IMG/VR virus record: IMGVR_UViG_3300023184_000132
Span: 1-60,962 of that record
Strand: one strand, 5' to 3'
DNA length: 60,962 nt
Source of the DNA: a virus
Taxonomy: Duplodnaviria; Caudoviricetes
This document shows positions 8,822 through 19,322 of this stretch, one piece after another. The notes under the pieces were generated by a model, which was not told the origin of the DNA, searched no databases, and was given only the letters and a program-made list of their open reading frames with translations. The stretch's first letter is position 1. Every line of letters begins with the position of its first letter. The position numbers and the translations under genes are program-made.

Positions 8822-11800
8822 AGAATCTTCCACTTAAACCCACTTTGAATCACAACAGTTTTTCCACTTACAATCATAATTCCACTACCAGGATCTACTG
8901 TGTACACACCTTGTGGATTTTGTGGGAAAAGTGCCGAGTTCATTGTTAGTCCAGTATTTATGGTGGTTAAACCTGTGGAATTAAACATTCCACCGTAAAA
9001 CATTCCTTGAACAGGAACAGTATTCCAAGGAGGCGCATTGCCTGTTGTGTTTCCGTCAAAAATATGTGGCCCAATCTTAACACCAGATCCACGAACTTCA
9101 AGAGACATGGTTGGAGTGTCTGTTCGGATTCCCACCATTCCTGCATCATTTCCCGATCCTCCCACAACAGTAACTCCCCAATTTCTGTTGATACCAGTCA
9201 CACCTTCCACAGTTATTCTTATGTCACGATCAGGGCCGGCAACTATAAGTGCTTCTCCTGAATTTACTCCACTCATAAGTCGCAAATCATAATTTTCCGT
9301 GGTAAGTCCAGGCCCACCCTGATCAAAAGGAGTGGTCAGATCTATAATTCCACCCTGTGCACCACCAATTTTAACCTTACCCCATCCGTAAGGATTTTCC
9401 ACTTCTACTTCTGCGCCTTGTGAAGTAAGAGATCCTGCAAAGAATTTGTACTTACCCATTCCTGCAAAAGTCAATCCTCCACCCACAACAGGAGAGTAGT
9501 GTGTGTCTCCTGTTTCTCTTGACAAAGATTGTGCGTTATAACGAGCATTTGCTCTTCTGCTTGCTGTCATACCAGAATCAGTATGCAATTCCTTTTGTGG
9601 TTGCATGTCATGACGAACATAACGATCATCGTGATTATGACCTGTTAAAATAAGTGCATTTACTTCTGGTCTTGCTCGGATAATCCAATAGGTTACTACG
9701 GCAGGAGGATAATGATAGTCTCCACTGATTCCACCACGAGGAATATCTGCAGTAGATCCGCAACCTGTGCAACCGTGACAACCTGAGCATCCTATGCAGT
9801 CTGCAATACCGTCTATACGATAGCAAGGAGTTATAGGATCGCAACAAGCACATGCAGTGCAACCGCCAGGAGGAGTGGTAGGATCACATATATTTTGTTT
9901 CAACCAAACGCAACTTATGTGTCCATTGTTTACTGATCCTGAATACCCTTGAGCAGCACATGCCTGACACCACTGTCCACCCTGCTTACAGGTGGAACAA
10001 TCTTTGCATTGCTGTCCGTTTACTGATCCACTGCAGCCTTGATTTTCGCATCTGTAGCAGTCACACACAGGACACGATTGTATGAAGCATTGATCTGTAG
10101 CATCGTTGCACTTAGTGCTATTGCACCCGATACAAACATCAGGAGTAGTTCCCTCGTCACCAGTACTTGTAGTAGTGGTTGTTGTGCCTGTTCCGTTACC
10201 ACCGTTACCCCCACCTATAACAACACCACCATTGCCACGGTTGCCACCACCTAATCCACCACCTGGTACAAAGTTAGAAGCAACAAGACCTGCTGATGGA
10301 GAATTTAAAACAGGTTGAACCAATCCATCAAGAACATTATAGGCAAGAGTGTGTAACACATCTCCCACCATCATCATTGATCCGTTGTCTCTGAAATCAG
10401 CACCTGCTCCTGCACCAAATACAGTTCTATTGCGAAGATCAGGAACCAGAACAGTTCCCCAAGTACTTAGTACATCAGTTCTGTGTCTGCCGTATACTCG
10501 AACAGAGTAGTCTCTAGGTGCATTTTGTGCTTGACTAAGCAACAAAGAAAATTGATTTCTTGTATAACCAGATTGTGTGTCTGTTCCGTCTATAAACTTG
10601 CGTAAAGCAGCAGTAATCTGATATGTTCCGTCTACGGAATATACTCTTGCGTCACGGTATGCAATAGTTGCGTTAGTTACTTTGGAATATATTTCTATAC
10701 GAATCAAATCGCCTTGAGAAGTTGATGGAGAAGGGGATGATTGGAAATTTCTATTTCCTCCCTTGATGTACAATTCCACAGCGTTATTACCAGCACCACT
10801 AGGTGTGCCTTCTTCGTCGGCAAAGTTTAGGGTTTTAAAACTAGAAACTGAGGCGTCTGCATAGTATTTTTGATCATCAAATCTTCCGTTTGCAGTTCCT
10901 ATTACTTTATACAGTTCTTGATATACTCCTGGACGCAATTTTCTTCCGTCGCAAAGAATCCACTCGTCACTGAGTTCGTTTAGTGTGCCAGAATACGGCA
11001 TAATGCTTCCAACAGGAACTAAACCTTGAGCGTATATTTCGTCTGTGGCAGAACCGCCCATCATAAATCCAGGTTGTGATAATACCACACCTGTTGCTTT
11101 TCTATTGGACGGCGATCCTGTGATACTTACAGGAATAAACATGTTTTTTGCAATGTAGTATGGATCTCCAAAAGTTGCACCAAAATCTGAAGTTAACCCG
11201 CCATTCAGATTCATCATAAGAGCAACACCTGGCGTAACATCGCCAGGAACTGGAATTGTAGCAAGCCCAGTGTTTACATACACAAATTCGTTGGCATTCA
11301 ATACTTCAACAACAATTCCAACGGTGTCTGCCAAATCAACAGAAAGTGGACTTGCTTTAATATATTTTGTTGCCGTTGCACCAACTGCGTAAGAAACTTC
11401 ACGAACAATGCAATTTCCTGCAGTTAACCCGTGAGTAGTTTGTTTCACACGAATACGATTAGAATCAGATTCCAACCAATTTGAATTTATTCTTCCACGA
11501 CTATCAGAAATAGGAATGCTGTATGCAGTAGAGCCTGCAAATCCTTCGTTTGGTTCTGCAGCACCACCGTAAGGACTACCTGTAGTTGCTCCTGCACCAT
11601 CCAAATAATCAGCATTAAATCCCTTTGCCCACATATTGCTAGTTCCGCCTGATGTGGTGGAGAAACTATAAGGGCCAGTAGTCAAACCGTATATTGTGGA
11701 TAAGGTGAATTCTGTTGAAGATTGTCCTGTTCCGTAGGACAAGACCAATGGAGATCCTGTAGCACCATAATTATGAGAAACTCCCCACACAGACTTGTTG

Positions 11801-13989
11801 TCGTAAGTAAGTCTTATTGTTGGATTTCCTGCTTGACCACTTGTTCCGATAAAAGTAAAATCGTTTTTTGCGTCGCCTGCAGTAAGAGATTTGTTGCGGT
11901 AATTTCGTGCAGTAATAAATCCTGTTTCCGTATCTACACCTAAGTTTTTATAAGAAATCCATGCTTCACTAGAACTTTCCCAAACAAAAGTTTTATCTCC
12001 ACTAAGACCCTTTACTGTCAGTCCTGCTCCATCAAGTTGAGCATCGGTAAAGAAATCTGTGGTAGCACCATCAAACGACAACAGAGTAAAGGATGTTGGG
12101 CCAGTAGGAGATTTAAATTTAACTTTTCCACCTGTTTGAAAATCTTCAGCTCCACCTGCACTAAACATAGAACCGATGCGTACCTGAGCAGTCATGCCAC
12201 TTACTGGCCCTGTAATACTCTTAACCACACCAATTACTTCTGCGGTTGAGCCTGGATTTGCTGCATAATCGTCATAGAACGCACTTGCACCTACAATATT
12301 CAACGCATACAATTGTCGAATTGCCGCAGAAGGGCCTGTAATAGTAATAAGACCTGATGTTTGGTATGCTAGTTCAATATTTTTATCTTCTATACGAAGA
12401 TCGTTGGAAGCAATAAAACTATTATTTCCACCTACAAGCAAATTACCGTTAATTGTAACATTACCGTCCATTTCAAGGGCAGTAAATTCCAATTTTGGAG
12501 GCAGCATAAATCGAGCTTGAACAGATTTTGGTGTTCCGTCTTTCACGGTGGAAACATCACTCATATCTTTGAATATAAACAAATCGTTTCCTGTAACTCC
12601 ATTCATACCAGAGTTTATTGGAAGTGTTCCAGGATCTACAAACATCTTACCTCTAAAATTATTAGAAGTAGTTGTATTGGAAGGGTGTCCCCAAGTTATA
12701 CCAGGCCCGTTTTTAAAACCAATTCCGACAACACCATTGTAATTACAGTTGTCTTTGCCACTTACAAGTTCTATACCTGTGAGTCCTGCTATTTCGTACA
12801 GATTTAATGGATTTACTGCGTCAATAATTTGATTGGTTCTGTCGTACCATGTATGAAAAGTGTCAGAAAGAACAAGTCGGTCTATATTGACAAGATCTTG
12901 GCAACCAACTGCGGTTCCTCCTTTACCCTGCAAAGGATCGCAACAACTCACGCAACCACATGCTGTTCCACCACCACCACCACCAATACCAGTTGCTCCG
13001 TCTGCTCCTGCAGGCCCAACCACAGTTCCTGCGTTGATTGTTGTGGAGTCTGAAAGAACAAGTATAAGATTGCCGTCAGGAATACTAACATACGCATTAA
13101 CAACATTTACTCCAACACCAGTTGCTCCTGTTGCTCCTGTTGCACCTCGAACTCCTGTTGTGCCTGTTGCTCCTGCAACTCCTGTTGCTCCAACTACTGT
13201 TCCTGCTTCTATATTAGAAGTTAATCCAGTAGAGTAATCTATTATAGTAAGGATAAGTTTATTGCCAGTAACTATGGCAGAGTAAATAGAAGTTCCTGTA
13301 GTTCCTTGAGAACCTGTAACTCCTACGCTTCCTGTTGATCCTTTTAATCCTTGTGCACCAGTTGCACCTGTTGGGCCTTGTGCTCCTGTTGAGCCTGTTG
13401 CGCCTTGAACTCCTGTTGAGCCAGTTGCACCTGTTGGGCCTTGTGCTCCTGTTGAACCTGTTGAGCCTTGCGCGCCAGTTGCGCCTTGCGGGCCAGTTGG
13501 GCCTGTTGTACCTGTTGCGCCTGTTGCTCCCTTTAGTGCTGCAGCGCCAGGTATACCTTGCGGTCCTGTTGCTCCTGTAGGGCCTGCGGGGCCTTGTACA
13601 CCTGTTGCTCCTGTAGGGCCAGCACAACACGGGCCTGTTGGGCCAGTTGCACCTGCGGGGCCTTGTACACCTGTTGCTCCTGTAGGGCCAGCAGATCCTG
13701 TTGCGCCTGCAGGGCCTGTTGCACCTTTTGAACCAGTTCCACCTGTTGGGCCTGGACTGCCACCTCCCGATATCTTTGCAGTACAAACAATAGTTGTGGT
13801 GCTTCCATTTCCGTCTATGGTTCTAGCACAATCACAGAAAGCTAAACAGTCGGCGTATACTGCATCATCGTATTGGGTAATGCAGGTGGCAATATCTGCC
13901 ATACATGTTGCACAAGAAATACCAGAGTTATAAACTCCTCCATTTAGAATATTGTCATCGCAAAAACCTGCGGGTGGTGTGGCTGGCAT
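8818..13989 (-). CDS. Large tail fibre with collagen-like repeats, split tail-collar domain and Cys-rich inserts
   Basis: Long (G-X-T) runs; [16 protein letters not shown] attachment-like motif; [10 protein letters not shown]; collar pieces [11 protein letters not shown] / WILCDG / VPDLRNR / YWIIRA; VGIRTDTP...LEVRG repeat. Confidence 0.85.
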   Translation of the reverse strand: MPATPPAGFCDDNILNGGVYNSGISCATCMADIATCITQYDDAVYADCLAFCDCARTIDGNGSTTTIVCTAKISGGGSPGPTGGTGSKGATGPAGATGSAGPTGATGVQGPAGATGPTGPCCAGPTGATGVQGPAGPTGATGPQGIPGAAALKGATGATGTTGPTGPQGATGAQGSTGSTGAQGPTGATGSTGVQGATGSTGAQGPTGATGAQGLKGSTGSVGVTGSQGTTGTSIYSAIVTGNKLILTIIDYSTGLTSNIEAGTVVGATGVAGATGTTGVRGATGATGATGVGVNVVNAYVSIPDGNLILVLSDSTTINAGTVVGPAGADGATGIGGGGGGTACGCVSCCDPLQGKGGTAVGCQDLVNIDRLVLSDTFHTWYDRTNQIIDAVNPLNLYEIAGLTGIELVSGKDNCNYNGVVGIGFKNGPGITWGHPSNTTTSNNFRGKMFVDPGTLPINSGMNGVTGNDLFIFKDMSDVSTVKDGTPKSVQARFMLPPKLEFTALEMDGNVTINGNLLVGGNNSFIASNDLRIEDKNIELAYQTSGLITITGPSAAIRQLYALNIVGASAFYDDYAANPGSTAEVIGVVKSITGPVSGMTAQVRIGSMFSAGGAEDFQTGGKVKFKSPTGPTSFTLLSFDGATTDFFTDAQLDGAGLTVKGLSGDKTFVWESSSEAWISYKNLGVDTETGFITARNYRNKSLTAGDAKNDFTFIGTSGQAGNPTIRLTYDNKSVWGVSHNYGATGSPLVLSYGTGQSSTEFTLSTIYGLTTGPYSFSTTSGGTSNMWAKGFNADYLDGAGATTGSPYGGAAEPNEGFAGSTAYSIPISDSRGRINSNWLESDSNRIRVKQTTHGLTAGNCIVREVSYAVGATATKYIKASPLSVDLADTVGIVVEVLNANEFVYVNTGLATIPVPGDVTPGVALMMNLNGGLTSDFGATFGDPYYIAKNMFIPVSITGSPSNRKATGVVLSQPGFMMGGSATDEIYAQGLVPVGSIMPYSGTLNELSDEWILCDGRKLRPGVYQELYKVIGTANGRFDDQKYYADASVSSFKTLNFADEEGTPSGAGNNAVELYIKGGNRNFQSSPSPSTSQGDLIRIEIYSKVTNATIAYRDARVYSVDGTYQITAALRKFIDGTDTQSGYTRNQFSLLLSQAQNAPRDYSVRVYGRHRTDVLSTWGTVLVPDLRNRTVFGAGAGADFRDNGSMMMVGDVLHTLAYNVLDGLVQPVLNSPSAGLVASNFVPGGGLGGGNRGNGGVVIGGGNGGNGTGTTTTTTSTGDEGTTPDVCIGCNSTKCNDATDQCFIQSCPVCDCYRCENQGCSGSVNGQQCKDCSTCKQGGQWCQACAAQGYSGSVNNGHISCVWLKQNICDPTTPPGGCTACACCDPITPCYRIDGIADCIGCSGCHGCTGCGSTADIPRGGISGDYHYPPAVVTYWIIRARPEVNALILTGHNHDDRYVRHDMQPQKELHTDSGMTASRRANARYNAQSLSRETGDTHYSPVVGGGLTFAGMGKYKFFAGSLTSQGAEVEVENPYGWGKVKIGGAQGGIIDLTTPFDQGGPGLTTENYDLRLMSGVNSGEALIVAGPDRDIRITVEGVTGINRNWGVTVVGGSGNDAGMVGIRTDTPTMSLEVRGSGVKIGPHIFDGNTTGNAPPWNTVPVQGMFYGGMFNSTGLTTINTGLTMNSALFPQNPQGVYTVDPGSGIMIVSGKTVVIQSGFKWKIL
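13100..13765 (-). repeat. Collagen-like GPT/GAT/GST codon repeats, including an exact 42-bp duplication (13583-13624 and 13652-13693)
   Basis: Translation [13 protein letters not shown] etc.; cctgcggggccttgtacacctgttgctcctgtagggccagca occurs twice. Confidence 0.9.
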
Positions 13990-14225
13990 TATGCACTCTC
14001 CTGATTACTGACTCGTTCAGAGAGTTTTAAAATTAAAGTTTTTAATTCGGCGATTTCCATCTTCATCGTATTTATATCATTTTTATACGACTCTTGCTTT
14101 ACCTTAAATCTTTCTTTTTTTCGGTTGTATTCGTCTATTTCTAGTTTGTTGGTAAACAGCAAGGCACCACTTTCGCAGTCTCTTACGATTGGTTCATTTT
14201 CAACTTTTAATCTGTTTGGACTCAT
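13989..14225 (-). CDS. Small coiled-coil protein that follows DUF4815/VrlC-type genes in T4-like phages
   Basis: KVE...VRD..SGALL.TN..E.DEY...[16 protein letters not shown]; overlaps both neighbouring genes. Confidence 0.7.
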   Translation of the reverse strand: MSPNRLKVENEPIVRDCESGALLFTNKLEIDEYNRKKERFKVKQESYKNDINTMKMEIAELKTLILKLSERVSNQESA

Positions 14226-17200
14226 GTGGCAATTACTCTCATGGTTTGGATGATAGGAACTATATTACTCACAGAAGAATTCATAACGATTTTGGTTGCA
14301 AAGGTAGTAAACTTATCTTTTTCGTTAAGTATCAGGGTATATCGTATTTCTTGAAATACTCCTTCAGGAGTGTTTGCGTTTGTGGACGCAGACATTTTTT
14401 GATATCCTCTAGTTTCTAGATAAGTATTGGAATCACTTTCATCAGGCAGAGTTCTAGCGTAAACCTCAATTGATGACGGCGTAGGATTACTAATTGTTAA
14501 AAATACATCAAGTCTGGTTGCAGGGTAATCTAAATTTACTTTTTTGGAAATATATCTAGATTTTGCTCTAGCAGAAGAAGCTACAGATCTATTATCAGGA
14601 GATTCTTCTCCATTATCATTTTGCGTTCCCGCAGTATTGTTGTTAATTATATTTTCTACAGACAAAATACAACCTCGATCCAAATCTACAACAGGAGACA
14701 CCCATTTATTTGTAGTATTAAGATAGGCGTATATTGAAGTAAACTTACCGTTAGGATCTAGATTTGTGTCATTTCTTCTGTTAATATTTTTGTTTAGAAT
14801 TATTTGTGTATTATTAACCGACATAATGCCTTCTTCTTCTACACTAATAGAAGTTCCTGGCGGAGTAATGGTGGGAAGTTGAAACCGAACAACAGAAGGA
14901 TTTATTGTTTCTGATCCGTAATAGGTGTTTGGTATGTTTGCCATACGAAGCACAGGACTTCCTGTTGTAGTAAATTCGCAAATATTTACCACAAACTTCA
15001 GGTCTTCATTCTCAATTTTTGATAATGTGTTTTGTCCTTGTGCAGCATACAAAGAACCGACTCCAGGCTGACTTGTTGCACTGTATACAGGATCACTTTC
15101 ACTTGAACGGTATAGTGTGTCTCCAAGTATTGCGGAATGCAAAGAAAAGTTACTGCTACTTGTTTTTAAAGAAAAACAATACTCGTAGCCTGGCGCAAGA
15201 TATACAGGAGAAGAAAAATTAAACTTAGTTCCGTTTCCAGTACCGTATTCTGTTGCAGTTATTGCGTCTGAATACACAGTAGAAGTGGAAAGAGGAAGAG
15301 TTTTGCACGGATGAGGATAACCACTTGAGGTGGGTTTAAGCATAAGAGTAATTGGAGCATTATACGAAGAATCAATTCCACTAAACCAAACAGTTACACT
15401 TTTTGCAAACACACCAAATGGATATTGAACAGGATCAATTTTAAATCCTTGAGATAGTGGATCTACCTTTCCTCTAGAGGAAGCTGTTGTGCCAGTTTTC
15501 TTGGTAAACACAGAAGTCTCTATGGTGGGATCGTTCACACTTTTGCGGTAAGAAACTGACTTTCTTGTGCTGACAATTCCTACATCACCTTCTTTGTAAT
15601 CCACAGAACCTTCTGCGTGGAATAGTTTTTCTGCAGAAGTTGTTATTTTAGTTACATCATTGGTGGAACTATCGCATACACGAATCAATTTAGCACCAAC
15701 TTTAACCAATCCTGTTTCATTTAAAAGTATTGCATAGTAAGGAGAATCCGTTCCTATACTACCAGAACTGTTTGTAACCACAGAAGAACCTGAAGCACTA
15801 ATCGAATAAGAACCAGCAGTTGCTTGTGGCGTTACTGTGTAAATTGTGGATGGGGTTGAAGATCCGTCCACGAATGCATACACCCTTGTGGATGGACGCA
15901 ATCCTTCTGCGTTTAAAAGAATGTAGATGTTTCTTGCATAGTAATCTACATCTTTATTTATTTTATAGTTTGCTTTATTTTGAGTTATTGATTCTGGAGT
16001 TATAGATTTGGAAGATGGTATGTTTTTGAATTGAGCAAAATTTGCCGATATAGACATTTGGTCAGTTGTCTTGTTTGGCAATATTTGCGTTGTTTCGTCG
16101 GAAGGATTCTTACCAAACCAATTAGTTTCCCAATCGTTCCACTGAGTTCCAAATCCTCCAGTTTGTCCTGGCCCTGTTCCACCTTCTGCGTTTAAAGATC
16201 CTCTAACAGAATACAACCAGTTGTCTCTTTCGCCAGAAATATTAACTTTAATTGCAGGTGCTTGTGTGTCAGACATCCAAAAATCAGAATCTGGATTCAG
16301 TTTAAGTGATCCCATATAATTAAATATACCGAAAGGATTCACTTGTCTAGAAGTTGTTGCCAATGGTTGAATAATACCAGGAACTTCAGTGTAATCAATT
16401 GTGTATATTCTGTCTGCTGTTGCTCCAGGCAATCCTGCAGGAGAAACAACAGACGATGCAGGAGTTCTACTATCAATATCAATTCTGTATATTTTACTGC
16501 GGAAAGCAGGTCGCAAAATTGTATTTTGCGGATCAATTGCAGCATTGAACATAGAATTCTTAACATCCGCAACATTATGACCTCGGAAAGAATCTACCAA
16601 GATACCTTTCTTTGGGATTAGAGTTCCTTCGGCATCCTCAATAGGAGTATTTTTTGCTTCTTGTTCCAACAGATTTAAAGATGTGTAGTATTCTACAGCA
16701 TCCAATCGTTTCTCAAGATTTCCAATATCTTCCATAGTGTAACGCTTATTGCTTTGAACTCGGACAGATACATCATTTTTTGTATTAGTGTACGGAGAGT
16801 AATACAATGTGTACAGAGTCATACTGTTTAGGTCGTCGATAGGTGTGGGTGCATCAATTTCTGGTATACCAGCAATTAATTTAAACTCTTTGTTTCTTGT
16901 AAGAACAATCTTGTCACTTCTTGGCAGATAATTTTCAACAGTTATATAATTTAAAGTATTGTCGGATGGAAGAACATTTGGCATAAAAGTTCCGTTTGGC
17001 ATTTTATCTGAACGGAAATCTATCATGTCTGACAATTTATAAGTATTTCCTGTATCTGGACTTGTATAGTAAGGAATATTCTCTAATGGTGCGTTGTAAG
17101 AATTTACGGTAAATGGTGCGGATGTTGCGCCTGTGGTTGGTCTTGCGTAATAGGAACAGTTCACAGTCATACCTGAGGTAATACCACCAGGAACAGATCC

Positions 17201-19303
17201 TGCAGTGTATCCAGGTGCTAACACCAATTTAGACCAATCGTAATAATTATCTCGTTGACCGTTATCCAAAACAAAATACTTATTAAGATTTCCTGAAGCA
17301 CCAGTAATAGAAGAAACACTAACCACATCCACATAATTGTTTAGATACACAAACTGTCTTCCGTTTGCTGCACCAGTAGGCCCAATTTCTTGTTGTATTG
17401 GTCCTGTTACAGTTAGTGCAACATTGGTTAGTGTTTTTGATCTATACAAGTAAGATCCACCAATACCTGCAAGAGCAACCTCATAATTAATTGTTGCGGT
17501 TACTCCTGTTGGGCCCGAAGTAATATACAAAATTCCGTAGGTACTAGAGTCTCCCTTTGCGAGAACATTACTTACACTGTTTCCAGATATACTTACCACA
17601 GAAAAAGTATTGTCGGGAGAATATACACCAGACGGATAGTTAAAATGTGCTTTAGAAGAATCTGAACCAAAACCAATATTTGAAATAGACAGTTGTGCAG
17701 TTCCTGTTGCGTCAAATTTTACCTGTTTGCTTAATCGGACTTGATAATTTACATCTGTTATTTGTTTTGTTCCTAGTCCTGCACTGTGTGGATACAGGAG
17801 CGTATTGGAATAGTCTTGAAGTTCTGCTCCGCCTGTAGGAGAATATACTTCAAACAGCTGTTGACCTGCTCCTACAATATTTGTCGTGAATAAACTACGA
17901 GTATTTGAAAAAACATTACCACCACTCATAGAAACATCAAACAGATCTACTCTCCATCGTTGTCCTACTGCTCCGCCCTTATACTCTAAACCTCGGATTT
18001 TTGCAGACCCAATAGAAGCGTATGCAGAAGCACCAGTAATTCCATAACTAGACGATAGCATCACTGTGGATACACTACTTATATCAAATCCAGAAGACAG
18101 ACCAAGACTTGGAAATTTTCCTGTTGGATTTAATTCTGCCAAGACATACGGGCCAACCACAGAAGAAATTCTTGCGTCTTCAAACGAACGATAAGTTCTT
18201 GCCTTTGGCAGATCTATTTTTGTAATTCCTTGAGTTTCAAATTCGTATCCAAATACATATGCTTTTCCTGGCCCAATTTCTGCAGTTAATGTTGCACCAG
18301 TAGGCCCGAACGCTCCTTCTGTTATGGAAATTGAAAAAGGATCTACAATATAGTTGCCAGATTCGTCATAGGTTCTTCGAGCAAGAGTGTCACCGATTAC
18401 GGCGTAAGCAGGATAATTTTCTTTCTTGATTACAGTACCATTTAAAATACGAAGAAATTCCACAAAATTTTCTCTAGAAAAATTGTCAGTGGTTGAAGTG
18501 TTTGTAGGAATAAACGGGTATTGAATTAAGGAAAGATCTATTTTATATCGGTCAGAGCCTGGTGCAGCATAGTTGTAAAATCCAAATGCTGGATCTTTCA
18601 AGGTCTCGTTGTCTTCGCTTGTTATAAATTGACGATTAACAGAAAATCCGATACGAGTGGTTGGATCGTCAAACAGTCGAATAGAAGAACCTGCAGTTCC
18701 TGTTACTGAATACGCGCCTATGGTTTGTTGATCATTGGCAACAAAGAATCCTTCAACATACCTTACTCCTGAAGCAGCGTGAATAAGAACAGCATTTCCC
18801 AGAGCATGTCCTGTGATATACCCTGAAGTAATACCTGAAATTGTCATGGAAACTGCTGTACCGTTCGTTGCTGTTCCACCAACACTCAGGTTTGAAGAAA
18901 ATGCAGTTCCTCCAGAAGTGTATTCGTAGAAAATAACAGGCATGTTATCTACCGTGCTATTAGACAATCCACCTTCGGCGTGAACAATTTTTGCGTTTGC
19001 TCTACCCGAAACCGTTAATACAGTTCCAATAGTATCAGCAATATCTAAAGTACCAGTTAAACCAGTAACTCTGGCGTAATTAATTCTGTTCTCTACTACT
19101 TCCCCACCTAAAACAATAGATCCGTCTTCAAAAATATTATCACCAAATCTTTGAATTTGGTTCTGTAAAATAGACTGAAGTTGCGTTAATTCTCTTGCCT
19201 GAACCGCATAACCTGGACGAAACAACATGCGAATAAATTTGTTATTAGCATCGTAATCATCGTAATAAGGATCAACATTAAAGATAGTGGGATCGTATGA
19301 CAT
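14222..19303 (-). CDS. Large baseplate/virion structural protein (DUF4815 / VrlC-like)
   Basis: FNVDPYYDDY...LFRPGYAVQARELTQLQSILQNQI, YAAPGSDRYKI, LARRTYDESGNY, NKRYTMEDIG.LEKR...EYYTSL.LLE. Confidence 0.9.
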   Translation of the reverse strand: MSYDPTIFNVDPYYDDYDANNKFIRMLFRPGYAVQARELTQLQSILQNQIQRFGDNIFEDGSIVLGGEVVENRINYARVTGLTGTLDIADTIGTVLTVSGRANAKIVHAEGGLSNSTVDNMPVIFYEYTSGGTAFSSNLSVGGTATNGTAVSMTISGITSGYITGHALGNAVLIHAASGVRYVEGFFVANDQQTIGAYSVTGTAGSSIRLFDDPTTRIGFSVNRQFITSEDNETLKDPAFGFYNYAAPGSDRYKIDLSLIQYPFIPTNTSTTDNFSRENFVEFLRILNGTVIKKENYPAYAVIGDTLARRTYDESGNYIVDPFSISITEGAFGPTGATLTAEIGPGKAYVFGYEFETQGITKIDLPKARTYRSFEDARISSVVGPYVLAELNPTGKFPSLGLSSGFDISSVSTVMLSSSYGITGASAYASIGSAKIRGLEYKGGAVGQRWRVDLFDVSMSGGNVFSNTRSLFTTNIVGAGQQLFEVYSPTGGAELQDYSNTLLYPHSAGLGTKQITDVNYQVRLSKQVKFDATGTAQLSISNIGFGSDSSKAHFNYPSGVYSPDNTFSVVSISGNSVSNVLAKGDSSTYGILYITSGPTGVTATINYEVALAGIGGSYLYRSKTLTNVALTVTGPIQQEIGPTGAANGRQFVYLNNYVDVVSVSSITGASGNLNKYFVLDNGQRDNYYDWSKLVLAPGYTAGSVPGGITSGMTVNCSYYARPTTGATSAPFTVNSYNAPLENIPYYTSPDTGNTYKLSDMIDFRSDKMPNGTFMPNVLPSDNTLNYITVENYLPRSDKIVLTRNKEFKLIAGIPEIDAPTPIDDLNSMTLYTLYYSPYTNTKNDVSVRVQSNKRYTMEDIGNLEKRLDAVEYYTSLNLLEQEAKNTPIEDAEGTLIPKKGILVDSFRGHNVADVKNSMFNAAIDPQNTILRPAFRSKIYRIDIDSRTPASSVVSPAGLPGATADRIYTIDYTEVPGIIQPLATTSRQVNPFGIFNYMGSLKLNPDSDFWMSDTQAPAIKVNISGERDNWLYSVRGSLNAEGGTGPGQTGGFGTQWNDWETNWFGKNPSDETTQILPNKTTDQMSISANFAQFKNIPSSKSITPESITQNKANYKINKDVDYYARNIYILLNAEGLRPSTRVYAFVDGSSTPSTIYTVTPQATAGSYSISASGSSVVTNSSGSIGTDSPYYAILLNETGLVKVGAKLIRVCDSSTNDVTKITTSAEKLFHAEGSVDYKEGDVGIVSTRKSVSYRKSVNDPTIETSVFTKKTGTTASSRGKVDPLSQGFKIDPVQYPFGVFAKSVTVWFSGIDSSYNAPITLMLKPTSSGYPHPCKTLPLSTSTVYSDAITATEYGTGNGTKFNFSSPVYLAPGYEYCFSLKTSSSNFSLHSAILGDTLYRSSESDPVYSATSQPGVGSLYAAQGQNTLSKIENEDLKFVVNICEFTTTGSPVLRMANIPNTYYGSETINPSVVRFQLPTITPPGTSISVEEEGIMSVNNTQIILNKNINRRNDTNLDPNGKFTSIYAYLNTTNKWVSPVVDLDRGCILSVENIINNNTAGTQNDNGEESPDNRSVASSARAKSRYISKKVNLDYPATRLDVFLTISNPTPSSIEVYARTLPDESDSNTYLETRGYQKMSASTNANTPEGVFQEIRYTLILNEKDKFTTFATKIVMNSSVSNIVPIIQTMRVIAT

Positions 19304-19315
19304 ATGTTTTCCTTA

Positions 19316-19322
19316 TATTTAG
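19316..19322 (-). promoter_or_regulatory. T4-type late promoter variant (CTAAATA)
   Basis: Minus strand CTAAATA-TAAGGAAAACAT-ATG, overlapping the gp8 stop codon. Confidence 0.6.

Noticed and set aside
13259-13808. Alternative-frame ORFs (Arg/Asn-rich and Gln-rich) over the collagen region
   Set aside because: These are shadows of repetitive GxT codons lacking stops, with no RBS or independent signal.
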